DNA of 64,000 nt, from NCBI RefSeq assembly GCF_006345805.1, contig NC_043013.1:54870001-54934000 (forward strand), in the 5' to 3' direction. The position numbers and the translations under genes were made by a program. The notes under the pieces were generated by a model. The model was not told where the DNA came from. It did no database searches and saw only the letters and a list, made by a program, of their open reading frames with translations. Shown piece after piece: positions 1 to 11,486 of the stretch. Each line of letters starts with the position of its first letter. Within the stretch, counting starts at the first letter, position 1. The stretch comes from Octopus sinensis (Eukaryota).

Positions 1-829
1 ATGCAGAAGTGGTGTCTAAGTAATTTTTGATCAATCATTATTTTATTCCAATGTAGTAAATATTCTACAATATATGTTTTTCACAAGCTCTATGAATAAA
101 ACATAATCCTTTGACTTTCTTAATTCTTTATATTTTTACTCTCAGATATAATTCTATCATCTTTAGACAACATCTATAATAATTTGATTTATTTATGACC
201 ACCCATTGTAGTTTGTCTACATTAAAGCAAGTTCGATAGTCCTATTGATTCAGACACTTGTTGGAGAGAACTTTTAGTATAGCATTCTTTTGCAACTACC
301 ATTTTTCGGTACCAAACTTTGGTTTGGCACATGTAATACTGGTGGCAAAATTTTCTATACACATTACTAGTATGTCAAGTTTTTTTCTAGAAAACTCTTG
401 AACTTACTGTAGTAATATGATAATGATGATGATGTTGGTGTTGATGATGATGATGATGATAATGATGATGATAATTACCTGAAAACATAAATGCTTTTCA
501 GATTCACAAGCAAAGTAGAGCAGCTTACATCACATGAAACTTCTTATATCTAAATATCTAACATTTTAGGATGGTGATGGTGGTGGTGGATGTGATGGGT
601 AAGTGGTGGCAGCAACAGCGGCATTGGTGGTGATGGTGGTGATTTGCAGAGCAAACACGCATTAATTCATGTGATAGTCATAATCTTTCTCATGATTACC
701 AATAAGCAAATGAACCAATATGCTAATTAATCAATATGCAAATTACAATATATTAAAAAAAAACCCATGTTATTAATATTATTATACTATAATTTATTAG
801 CAGATGTGGAAAGAGTTCAAATTCTTGGA

Positions 830-1565
830 TTTTTAAGACATCGTAATGACGGGGTTAGACAGGAATTCTTATGACTTGAGTTAAACTTATCGAAACTGTT
901 CATGAATCCCTTGAACTGTGCATATCACCCAAAAGCTTGATCATTGCTGCACAAGACCAGGCTCTTGCTACCAATTCAGTGAAGCATAACATCTATAAAA
1001 CTTCTGACACCCAGAAATGCAGACTCTGTGGAAAGAGTGTGGAAAACGCGACCCACTTGGTAAGTGGATGTGAGAGCCTTGCACAAAAACAATACAAGTG
1101 CTGCTATAATAAAGTTTGTGTGAATCTTCATTGGCTCTTATGCCATAAATACCAATATGAAGTAAGAGAGAATTGATATGAGCATGTTCCAAATAAAGTT
1201 ATGCTGGAGGACGGAAAAGTAATGATACTCTGGGACTATGATTTTCAGACGGATCGTGTAATCGAACACTGTCAGCCAGATATTGTCATATTGAATAAGA
1301 GAGACAAATACTGTCAAATCAATTATGTAGCCATACCAAAATTACATGAACGTTGTGAGTAAAGAGGTTGAAAAAATCCCCAAGTACTCCGAATTGAATG
1401 TGGAAATGGCAAGACTATATGGAATACGAGAGGGTAATGTAAAAGTGTATTATCTAAGGTCTTTGTTGTGACTTGACAGATAACTAAAGACTCCAGTGCA
1501 TTATCACCTACACTGTGTTATGAAGGAATAATAATAATAATCATTATTATTATTATTATTATTAT
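830..1565 (+). mobile_element. Decayed 3' end of an RLE-type non-LTR retrotransposon (R4/Dong-like)
   Basis: Translation gives AAQDQALATN, the zinc knuckle CRLCGKSVENATHLVSGC, then after a stop LWDYDFQTDRVIEHCQPDIVIL (PD..D restriction-like endonuclease). It ends in a (TAA)n/(TTA)n tract at 1528-1565. Confidence 0.85.
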
Positions 1566-1768
1566 GGTAGGATTGTTAGCATTTCACACAAAATGCTTGG
1601 TAACATTTCTTTCAATTCTTCACACTGAGTTCAAATCTCACCAAGATCAACTTTACTTGTCATCTTTTCCAGATCGATTTCAATGTACCAGCTGAATACT
1701 GGAGTCAATGTAATTGATATGCCTCCTTCCTGCCCAAAATAGCTGATCTTTTGCCCAAATTAGAAAGA

Positions 1769-1775
<7 letters not shown>
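1566..1775 (+). mobile_element. SINE family A copy (tRNA-derived)
   Basis: B-box-like GAGTTCAAATCTC; about 200 bp colinear with copies at 6704, 10672, 13985 and 23770. Confidence 0.8.
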
Positions 1776-1801
<26 letters not shown>

Positions 1802-2305
1802 AACCTCATTAACATTATATATAGGAACAGAAAAACTAAATTTATTATTCAAAAATCGTACAAAATTTCCACATATCCATTTTTTTTCTGATGTGTTGAC
1901 GTATTCCAACTGATTGCAAAAGAACAAAAGAAAGAGAAAGTTGGTACTCCGTTGTTTTTTTATTACTTTTTCTTATCATATTTTTACACATTTCAAATAT
2001 ATTCTTTATTGATTCGAGATTGAAATATTTCTTTCCTTCCAATAAACCTATGTTGGTCAGCTCTCTTTCTCTACTAAATAATAGATTAGTTCTCAGAACT
2101 GCCCCATTTCACTGGCAACTTTCAAGTCAATCCAGTTATTTCTAAAGCAACATAAATCACAGCCTAAACCACCAACCCAAACCTCTGCTGCTCTTCAGCA
2201 CTGAACTTTGGCAAACAACCAAAGTGAAATTATTCTTTCTTTATTTGCATGCTTACTATTTCCATTCATACTTAATTCTTTTTTTTATTTCACTTCCTAT
2301 TATAC

Positions 2306-2347
2306 AAAATCGGACAAACAACAAAGCAGCAGAGGTAAGTTCAATAC
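2306..2347 (-). CDS. Candidate exon VLNLPLLLCCLSDF (phase 0-0)
   Basis: Good acceptor (ttttaataagccctttcag) but weak donor (gtataa). Recalls FANCA LRLPSSVLCGSSF from memory. Confidence 0.3.
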
Positions 2348-2667
2348 CTGAAAGGGCTTATTAAAATTTTTATTTTATAAAAACAAAATATCAAAATGAA
2401 GAAAAGAAATATTCATGGTTATGAATATTTTTATATATAAAAGTGGAAAACTGAATGATGATGAAGAGAAAGTAATACTATTAGTAAAGAGGATTTTGGG
2501 GCTTTAGATATCACATTCAATATGCAAGTTTACATTTGAGGAAAGCAAACCAGACAAACATATTTTGACACACAGAAAATCACACACATAAATTTCTGAG
2601 TATGTAAACACATGCAACACAAACATCTACAAATAACAATATATATATGCGTATATATATATATATA

Positions 2668-2866
2668 CTTTATTTAAGCAGCAGAAAATTCAACAAAATC
2701 TGTTACTCTGAGTTTCTCGTTGCCGTTCATCAGACAGTTCTTGCTAGAGTAACAGAGTAACAGATTTTGTTGAATTTTCTGCTGCTTAAAATAAAGCATA
2801 TTACTCTACCACTGGTATTTGAGTACTCTTTTTTCCACCTTGTTTCACATTTATGTGTTTACTCCG

Positions 2867-2870
<4 letters not shown>
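2668..2870 (-). mobile_element. Short foldback element carrying a hammerhead-like motif (Penelope-like terminus?)
   Basis: 43-bp inverted arms at 2668-2710 and 2753-2796; flanked by (TA)n on both sides. Confidence 0.55.
2700..2737 (-). ncRNA. Type I minimal hammerhead ribozyme-like motif
   Basis: Minus strand reads CUGU-CUGAUGA-ACG(GCAA)CGA-GAAA-CUC(A)GAG-U-A-ACAG. Core intact, 4-bp stem I, palindromic stem III, GUA cleavage triplet; one mismatch at the 10.1-11.1 pair. Confidence 0.7.
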
Positions 2871-2895
<25 letters not shown>

Positions 2896-2900
<5 letters not shown>

Positions 2901-3300
2901 TCATCATCATCATCCTTTAACGTCCGTTCTCCATGCTAGCATGGGTTGGACGGTTCGACCGGGGATCTGGGAAGCCAGAAGGCTGCACCAGGCTCCAGTC
3001 TGATCTGGCAGTGTTTCTACAGCTGGATGCTCTTCCTAACGCCAACCACTCCGTGAGTGTAGGGGGTGCTTTTTACGTGCCACCGGCTCAGGGATCACAA
3101 CTGCAGTTTCCATTGATTTTGATGTCAGTGTACTTAACTCAATGGATCTCCTCAAGCACAGGGTCGAAATGGTGTTTCTTCACTTGCCACCTGCACAGGA
3201 GTCAGTCCAGTGATCCTGGCAACTGTTGGGTGCCAGTCATAGGATTGGTTCAATTTTGATTCCGATTTCGATTTCACTTGCCCCAACAGGTCTTCGCAAG
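2896..3300 (-). mobile_element. Family C repeat (RTE 3' UTR-derived) copy
   Basis: Colinear with 54800-55350, which is continuous with the RTE ORF; (GAT)n tail. Confidence 0.85.
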
Positions 3301-3316
3301 CAGAGTATATATATAT

Positions 3317-3357
<41 letters not shown>

Positions 3358-3361
<4 letters not shown>

Positions 3362-3805
3362 CCAGCGCCACCTTGACTGGCTTCTGTGGTGGCACATGAC
3401 CTGCTCTGCTTGAGGAGACCTACTGAGTCAAGTGCATCAACATCAAAATAAATATCAAATGGAAATTGTAGTTGTGACACCTGTGCCGGTGGCACGTAAA
3501 AAGCACCATCCAAACTTGGCCAATGCAACCCCACCTTGATTGGCTTCTGTGCCAGTGGCATGTAAAAAGCACCATCCAAACTTGGCCAATGCAACCCCAC
3601 CTTGATTGGCTTCTGTGCCGGTGGCACGTAAAAAGCACCATCCAAACTTGGCCAATGCAACCCCACCTTGATTGGCTTCTGTGCCAGTGGCATGTAAAAA
3701 GCACCAACCGATCATGGCTGGTGCAGCCTCCTGGCTTTCCAGACCCTGGTTGAACCATCCAACCCTTGCTAGCACGGAAAACGGACGTTAAATGATGATG
3801 ATGAT
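3358..3805 (+). mobile_element. Family C repeat copy, inverted relative to 2896-3300
   Basis: Ends with ...gaaaacggacgttaaa(tga)n, the reverse complement of the 2896 copy. Confidence 0.85.
3485..3705. repeat. 66-bp tandem repeat, 3.3 units, alternating A/B variants
   Basis: Units start at 3485, 3551, 3617 and 3683; units 1 and 3 begin gccggtggcacg, units 2 and 4 begin gccagtggcatg. Confidence 0.95.
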
Positions 3806-4089
3806 ATATATATATATATCTACACACATACATACAGAGCTTTGTACAAATGTAGAATATTCTTTAATACATTGTAACTGAAAGGCTCTGATTTTCAGTA
3901 CTCAGAGTTGTTTGTTTCTGACCATAAGAGAGAAAAGTGAACCTGAAAACAGATAAATGCAATACATAGACAGACAGAAAGAGCTTGCTAGATATAAGGT
4001 AGCATTGTAATCTTTATGTTGGTTATTCATGCCAGTAGGAGTGAGACAGGTTGTGACAGCCCAGTTCAGCTCTTATTTGGAGTTATTAC

Positions 4090-4191
4090 CTGCTTAAATT
4101 GATCAGACAACCACATTACATGCATGCAGCCTGGCTTTTTTGGTCTGATTTCTAAAGCCAAAGACCAAACACAAATGTATACACAAGCCAG
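4090..4191 (-). CDS. Candidate exon LACVYICVWSLALEIRPKKPGCMHVMWLSDQFKQ (102 nt, phase 0-0)
   Basis: Acceptor ttttatttacttcttctcttaaaccag; donor CAG|gtaata; only one frame is open. Confidence 0.55.
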
Positions 4192-4274
4192 CTGGTTTAA
4201 GAGAAGAAGTAAATAAAAGGAGATGCTTGGACCATCCCTTACCTATTTCTGGTAATGATAATAATAATAACAAC

Positions 4275-5046
4275 AGCCCTTTCTACTATAGGCACAAGGT
4301 CTAAAATATTATAGGTGGGGGTGGGGGGAGAAAATTTGGACTAGCTGACCACCTTGCCCATGAAAGGATGAAAGGCAAAGTTGACATTGGCAGAATTTGA
4401 ACTCAGAATGTAAAAACAGGTGAAATGCCATGAAGTATTTTGCCTGGATTGCTAATGATTCTGCCTTCTTAACACCTTGCTAATTAACCAGAATAATAAT
4501 GACGATAATGATGATGATGATGATGATGATGATGACAACAATAATAATAACTTCTGATTTAGATACAAGGCCAGAAATTTTGATGGAAGGGGATTAGTCA
4601 ATACCATTAACCCCAGAAATTGACTTGTACTTTATTCTATTGACCTGAAGGAGATGAAACACAAGGTTGATCTCAGTAAGATTTCAAGAGCAAATTGTAA
4701 AGAGCAAGGAAAAACACCAGAACACATTTTATCTGCTACTCTTACAATTCCATCAATCCTCCACCCTAACAACAACAACAACAATAATAATAGCTTAAAA
4801 TTTTGCCACAGTGGCAGTCATTTTGGGTGAAGGGACTAGTCTATTACATCGACCCCAGTGTTCAACTGGTACTTAAATAATCAACTGCGAAAGGATGAAA
4901 GGTGAAGTGAACCATGGCAGAATTTGACCTCAGAACATAGCAATGGGCAAAATACTACTAAGTATTTTGTCTGGTGCACAAATAATTCTGCCTTAAGAAT
5001 AATAATAATAATAATAATAATAATAGTAATAATAATGATAATAATG

Positions 5047-5084
<38 letters not shown>

Positions 5085-5250
5085 GGGAAGGGGTTAGTTG
5101 ACTACATTGACCCCAGTACTTGGCAGGTACTTCATCATTTCAGGGTCAATAAAATAGAGCTGACCTTGGTAGGATTTGAGCTCAAAATGAGAAGATCAAG
5201 ATGAAAGACTGCTAAGCATTTTGTCCGATGCTTTAATGATTCTATCAGTA
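4275..5250 (-). mobile_element. Cluster of four same-strand SINE A copies (about 4275-4485, 4550-4765, 4793-4995, 5085-5250)
   Basis: Each contains the reverse-complement B box gaatttgaactcag or a variant, and they are separated by (AAT)n/(GAT)n/(CAA)n tracts. Confidence 0.8.
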
Positions 5251-6703
5251 ACAGTAATAAATTAAAAAATACAAGGAAATCATGAGAAAATAAATAAATA
5301 AATATCACAGAAATCCTATTAGATTATAAAAGTAAATCTCTTGGACAAAAGAAAGCCATTCAAGAAATTGGTAATTTTGATAATTGGTATTAATTTTATG
5401 CTATTTCAGTTCAGTGTTTTAACAAAGCAACATAGAAACTGTCTTGAAACAAACAGAAAAATATCATTATTGATGAATTGCATTGATTAAAGAAAGCATC
5501 CTGACTAATCATAAGCAATACTTTGGAGAATAACTTTTCTGAAATGTTAGAATGAGTGATGTTGCTCACACTTTTTTCTGTCATCTCTGTTGATCATTTG
5601 TAAAATGTCTTATTTTTCCTTTTGTTTTTCCTTTTAACAGCCTTAAATCTCCTTCTGTATAAACTTTCACCTCTGCTCATCATTCATTTGATACAATGAA
5701 GGAAATAGGTTACAGAGCAAAAGCATGAACATGTACTGTTGCCGAGTTAATGTACACTTGCATTTACAACATCGAAAATGAAAGGAACTTATTAGACAAG
5801 CCAGAGAAAAGTAGCCAAACAATAATAACGGGATCTTTCATTTATTGGTTTTGATGTCCCAATAGCGTTAATTTATTAGAAATCTGAGCTAGTTTCATCA
5901 AAGGCTAAAAAAAAAAAAAAAAAATAGTTTGTATAAAAAAGATTAGCAGCATACTGTTCTGTGAGGTGTGACATTTTCTCAGCTACTTAGAAATCCTTGA
6001 CAGCAATCAGAGAAATATCACACTTTTGTTAATAGCCAAAACTCTTGTTTCTTATCCTAAAGATTTTGACCTCTAGACAGTTCTTCATGCTGATGTAGTT
6101 GAAAAATTCACTTCCCAACCATGCGGTCTGGGATTCGGTCCCACTTTGTGCAGCCTTAAGTAAGTCTCTTCTTCTATAACCCCAGGTTATGTTTTAGATA
6201 GAAATTTATCATAAAAACTTTGCTAGATATAATCGCAAAGAAAATGAAACACATAAATCAGAGGAGAAAAGGAAAATAAAATGATGTTATTTGCATTATT
6301 TTGAAGACAAGATGACCCCGTGGTAAACCCTTGGGGAACTACATCGAGGATCATGATATATTTGGTGGTTAATCTTTAAGGGAAAAAAATAACTTTGGGA
6401 CATAATTTTCACTTGAAACAAAATCAGAAGCCCTATTAAAAGGTAAACAAATTATTTTGCTGAATCTCAGAGCTTAAAATGTACATGCTTCATGGTTCTG
6501 TTTTGAAATCTCAACAATTTACATCTAATATTTAACTTTCCATGAATTCCTGAAGCTTTGAAAGAATATCTGTTTCAGTTATAGGTCGATGGCAACAAAG
6601 AATTATGTGGTCCATCCAGAATTACAATAAATCAACTCCAGTTTAAAAATATATATGCAATATCAGTGTGTGTGTATACATACACACACATATATATATA
6701 TTA

Positions 6704-6918
6704 AGGCTGTGAGCTGGCAGAATCATTAGCATGTCAGACAGAATGCTTAGTAGCATCTCGTCTGTCTTTGTGTTCTGAGTTCAAATTCTACCGAGGTCCA
6801 CATTACCTTTCCTCCTTTCAGGGTTAATAAAATAAGTACCAGTTGAAAACTGGGGTCGATGTAACCAGCTTAGCCTCTTCCCCAAACCCACTGGCCTTGT
6901 GCCAAAATTTGAAATCAA
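6704..6918 (+). mobile_element. SINE family A copy
   Basis: gtgagctggcagaatcattagc head, gagttcaaattc B box, ccttgtgccaaaatttgaaa tail. Confidence 0.9.
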
Positions 6919-6919
6919 T

Positions 6920-7321
6920 ATATATATATATATACACACACACACACGCAAATAAATATATATTTATATACATACACACTGAAGATGCACATACATATGT
7001 ACATGTGTCTCACATAGGTTTCTCTAAAAATGTCAGGTAGATAAGATAGCCTTCACACACATGTATTTTTATATGTTTATACACACACATACAAACACAA
7101 AATATACATACACACAATAATATATATGTTATGTGCGTCTATACAAATATATATATATATATATATGTGAATGGATGTGTGTGTTTGTATACAGAGAGAG
7201 AGGGGAAGAGGGAGAAAACTATGTAGATAGATACATAGTTTGGTAGATATTGTGCATACATATACATACACATATATATATACATATATATTTATGCATA
7301 TGTATATGCATGCATGTATGC

Positions 7322-7391
<70 letters not shown>

Positions 7392-7400
7392 ATGCAGACA
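6920..7400. repeat. (TA)n/(CA)n compound microsatellite region
   Basis: Visible directly; source of the YIYI ORFs. Confidence 0.9.
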
Positions 7401-7959
7401 CACAACGAATTTCAATTAGTTGTAGAGAGCTCACAGATAATAAATGACTTCATTAAATGAATTAAGCTGTGCCTCATGAAGGTTTTCAGTGTATGTCAGA
7501 GAGAGAGTGTGTGTGTGCCTAGTTTTCACATAAATCACCCAGAGGTATTTTAACTTTTCTTACTTAATATCTTGCCTACTCGATCACTCTGCCATCTTTT
7601 CACTACCCTAACCCTAACACAAGATGTTTTCAGTTGTATATAAATACACTTGCTTCATCATTTCTCCATCATTTTTTTCGGTTAAGTTATAATGCAAAAA
7701 TGAAATGAAAATGAGTAAAGAGAAATAATTCAGAAAGGCCATTAGCATGTATTTTAATAACAAATAATAAGTGTATATTGAGTACCATACTACATGAATT
7801 CTTGGTTTATAAAAGTCATCTCTGTTTTCAGAGATGGTAGAATAATCACTGGGTGGCAATTGGGACTAACTCCTAATGAAAAGGAAAGATAATCTCAAAA
7901 ATCAATAATCCTCCTTACACAAGCATGCACATATACTACACTACACACACACACATATA

Positions 7960-8251
7960 TATATATATAAGACACACAGACCTATATGCTTTGTGATGTA
8001 TCTACCATATATATATTTTCATACACAAACAATACACACGTGTGTGAGGGTGTTTGTATGTATTTATGTATGTAGATATATATATATGTGTGCGTGTATG
8101 TGAGTGACATCTCCTCATACATATAGTCTGTTTTGCATCTACCACACATATATAAGACACACAGACCTATATATGCTCTGTGATGCATCTACCATATATA
8201 TATATATATATATTTGCAAACACATACACTCACAATACACATGTGGGTGCG

Positions 8252-8283
<32 letters not shown>

Positions 8284-8335
8284 ACACCCCCTCCTACATA
8301 GAGTCTGTTTTGAAACTACCATACACAGACACATA
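7960..8335. repeat. Local duplication of an approximately 180-bp unit with embedded microsatellites
   Basis: ataagacacacagacctatat..gtgatg(t/c)atctacc occurs at about 7967 and 8152; gtgaca..ctc..acata(t/g)agtctgttttg occurs at about 8104 and 8281. Confidence 0.8.
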
Positions 8336-10671
8336 TATCAGGAAACATTGCTACTCACATATAAAAATCTAAGCATGCCTTATAGGAACACACACATAGA
8401 TTCACTATATATTCAGTGTTCTTAACAAGATTCTTATTCAATATATGAGAGTTTGAAAAATAAGTGAAATTAAACAATACAATAAAGAAATGTAAATAGA
8501 GAGAGACTTGTAGAATTATAAAACGAGAAAGGAATTTCAAAGTTGTTATTGAAGAAGACTAAGGTAAGATTGCTTAATGTGTTTTTCTGTTTTGTTTGGA
8601 ATTGTCAAGAACTCAAATGTAAATGAAATAAGAAAGAATAGAAAACAAAAGCACAAAGAGAAAATAATTAAAAAAAAAGACATATCTGGAAAAAAATCCA
8701 TTTCAGATGAAAGATAATAAAAACTCCAAAAAGGTGCAATTGAGATTTGAAATGCATTATCTGTTTATTCTTAGATTTTAAAACTCTACAAGCAGCTTTC
8801 ATCTTCCTTTACATTCTCTAAGCAGGCTTTATTTTTCAAAAGCTGTGTAAAATAAGAAGTTAAATTCAGGCTACAATGAAAGACCATGTTTATTCTAAAT
8901 TCACACTGTAAATCAAACATTAGTATGATTATGTAAAAAGGTAGCTTAATTTGAATTGTTTCTCTATCGTATGGTTAAAATGAAACAACATATATACTAC
9001 GAAACAAAACTATATTCCCAATGATATCATTAGAGGTGGGACATTTTGGAAGGGATAACTATTCTAATTAAATCTTGTAAATTCAAATGTCAAGCAAATA
9101 TCCAATTTAGTCTTCGACAAAATGTAGTTAGTATACATAAAATTAACTTTACGTCTGCTTTACAAACTTATTTTTTGGCTCAAGGTAATTCTATTTGATT
9201 GTTAAATACTGCATAATAAAGGAAAGGGAAACACTGAGCTGCAATTTGGAAACGGAATGTTATCCTAAACGTGATGTTAATGATGCTTTGGATGACAGGG
9301 AATTTGTCTGCCGTGTTACATTCTCACAAAGCATGAAGTGAATGTAATTTCAGTTTATCAAAGTTGATAATGTAGCTGTGCTGCTACTGGCTTCACAATA
9401 GTTTTCGTTTTGATGTAGTGTCAATGACTGATAAAACTAGTCAAAGTAGAAGAAGAGAAGCAGTTAGATGAGAGGCATGTTAATGTAACGGGAGAAAAAT
9501 TAAAAGCCTCTTGCATTCTTTCTCTACCAGAGAAGATTTTGCAGCATTTTTAAACCTTATCTTTTCTCCGTTTTCAATGTACTTGCCATATAAAACTTAT
9601 TCCATTTAAGTAGTTCTTCTGACATGCATGCCAAATCATCTTGAATTTTTATGCATTCTAGTCATTTCATATTGACCGTGGAACTCTACATCATTCATTA
9701 CAAATGGGAACATTTCTGCTTTCTAATATGTCAGTTGTAAGCTATTCCAGTGCACTATACATCTTGCTGATATGGAAGATCAATTGCAGTCGAAAATGCT
9801 TGCATGATTGTCAGCTTGGTTCTACCATTATACATGCAAGTGATGTCCATCCATTCTCCTAACTGTATCTACTTTATGCCAGACTGACTCTTATTATAAT
9901 CAACCTGACTTTGTCATTTCTGTGAACCGACCGAAATGCAAGTGATGCCAAGGCATGTAAGCCCATTAACTGTTGTTTCCACTGATGCCGATGCAAGAAA
10001 TAAACACCAAAGACTAACCTAAAATTACAAGTTCCATCTCACTCTGTAATCTCTGCAATAAGCAGTCATTCCATGAAAGTAATTGATTTCTCTGATGTTA
10101 TTATATTAACTTAAATAATTGTTGGTGGAACATTTATTGGCTTCTTTTTATTTGCTTCAACATCATCATCATCATCATCATCTTCATTTTTTTAGTGTCC
10201 ATCTTTCATGATGGCATGAGTAGGATGATTTTAACAAGATATAAAGAGTGCAACGACTGCATTGTACTCGTGTTTGCTCTGACATGGTTTCTGCAGCTGG
10301 ATACCCTTCCTAATGCAAACCATTTCACTGTGTACTGGATGTTTTTTTTTATTATGGCACCACACTAATGATGTCTTCAGGCATCAATGTATTATTTATA
10401 CTTATTCTTCAAAATGAAAAAAAAAAAGAAAAGAGAAAAAAATTCAAATAATGACTAAATAATTCATATTAATTAGAATTTCCTCAGGAGTATGTTGTCT
10501 ACTATTTTACCAATAATATTACTTGTTATTCAATCCAAATGATTATGAAATTGCTCCACAGTCATATAACTGCCAATGTGTTGGAAGTTCTTTATTACTT
10601 GCAGCTGTAAATGCTTGCATTGACTCAACGAAGCATTATTGAGAAATAAGTGAAGAATATATTCCTTGATC

Positions 10672-11070
10672 CAAAGCAGCGAGCTGGCAGAAACATTAGT
10701 GCACCAGGTGAAATGCTTAGCAGTACTTCATCTGTCTTTACGCTCTGAGTTCAAATTCTGCTGAGGTCGACTTTGGTTTTCATCTTTTCGGGGACGATAA
10801 ATTAAGTACTAATTGTGTACTGGAGTCAATCTAATCAACTGTCCTCCTGCCCCAAAATTTCGAGCCTTGTGCCTAGAGTAGAAAGAATATATATATATAT
10901 AGATATGGTGGTGAGCTGGCAGAAACATTAGCACAATGGGTGAAATGCTTAGTGGTACTTCATCTGTCTTAACGCTCTGAGTTCAAATTAGGTACCGGTT
11001 GCATACTGAGGTTGATCTAATCGACTGGTCTCCTCCCCAAAATTTCAGGCCTTGTGTCTAGATTAGAAAT
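10672..11070 (+). mobile_element. Head-to-tail SINE A dimer within a target-site duplication
   Basis: gaatatattccttgatc is repeated at 10655-10671 and 11071-11087. Confidence 0.85.
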
Positions 11071-11157
11071 GAATATATTCCTTGATCAATGCATTTAGAG
11101 TCAATGATTGAGAGATTTACCAGTGCACACAGCTGACTACTGATATTAAAAAGCATA

Positions 11158-11372
11158 AGGCTGTGAGCTGGCAGAATCATTAGCACACTGGAAAAAGCTC
11201 AGTGGCATTTTATCGATATAGGTGTTCTGAGTTCAAATTCTACTGAGGTTGATTCTGCCTTACATTTTTTCACAGTCAATAAAATAAATAACAGTTGAGC
11301 TGTGGGGGTGATGGTATTGACTTGTTCTATCCCTTAAAATTACTGGCCTTGTGCCAAAATTTGAAACTGATT
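11158..11372 (+). mobile_element. SINE family A copy
   Basis: Same head, B box and tail as the 6704 copy. Confidence 0.85.
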
Positions 11373-11423
11373 TTAGAAAGCATAAAATTCTGGATGCATG
11401 GCTAGAATTATTATTATTAGTAC

Positions 11424-11486
11424 CTGTTTAAATGTTTTTCTAATACAGTGCTTCCATATTGAGAAAAAAATGACTGTTTAAGAACT
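11424..11486 (-). CDS. Candidate exon VLKQSFFSQYGSTVLEKHLN (63 nt, phase 2-2)
   Basis: Acceptor aatttcttctcatttcacag; donor CAG|gtacta; open frame that joins the 16480 exon as TT+A. Confidence 0.55.

Noticed and set aside
3274-3833. Repetitive ORFs (PLAQKPIKVGLHWPSLDGAF repeats) and a CRISPR-like periodicity
   Set aside because: They derive from a 66-bp (multiple of 3) tandem repeat inside an RTE UTR; there are no unique spacers and no cas genes.
3895-3942. Possible terminal exon VHFSLLWSETNNSEY* after a good acceptor
   Set aside because: It is in phase with the 4090 exon, but no independent support distinguishes it from a cryptic site; left unannotated.
7077-7447. Many YIYI/VCVC/THTH ORFs here and at 29571-30127, 45168-45460, 59021-59521 and 61541-61945
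   Set aside because: They are translations of di- and tetranucleotide microsatellites, which contain no stops in several frames.
7604-7617. CCCTAACCCTAAC telomere-like motif
   Set aside because: Only two units, expected by chance.
9480-10100. Minus-strand LVFISCIGISGNN resembling a GPCR TM1
   Set aside because: A stop follows immediately and no further GPCR motifs align.
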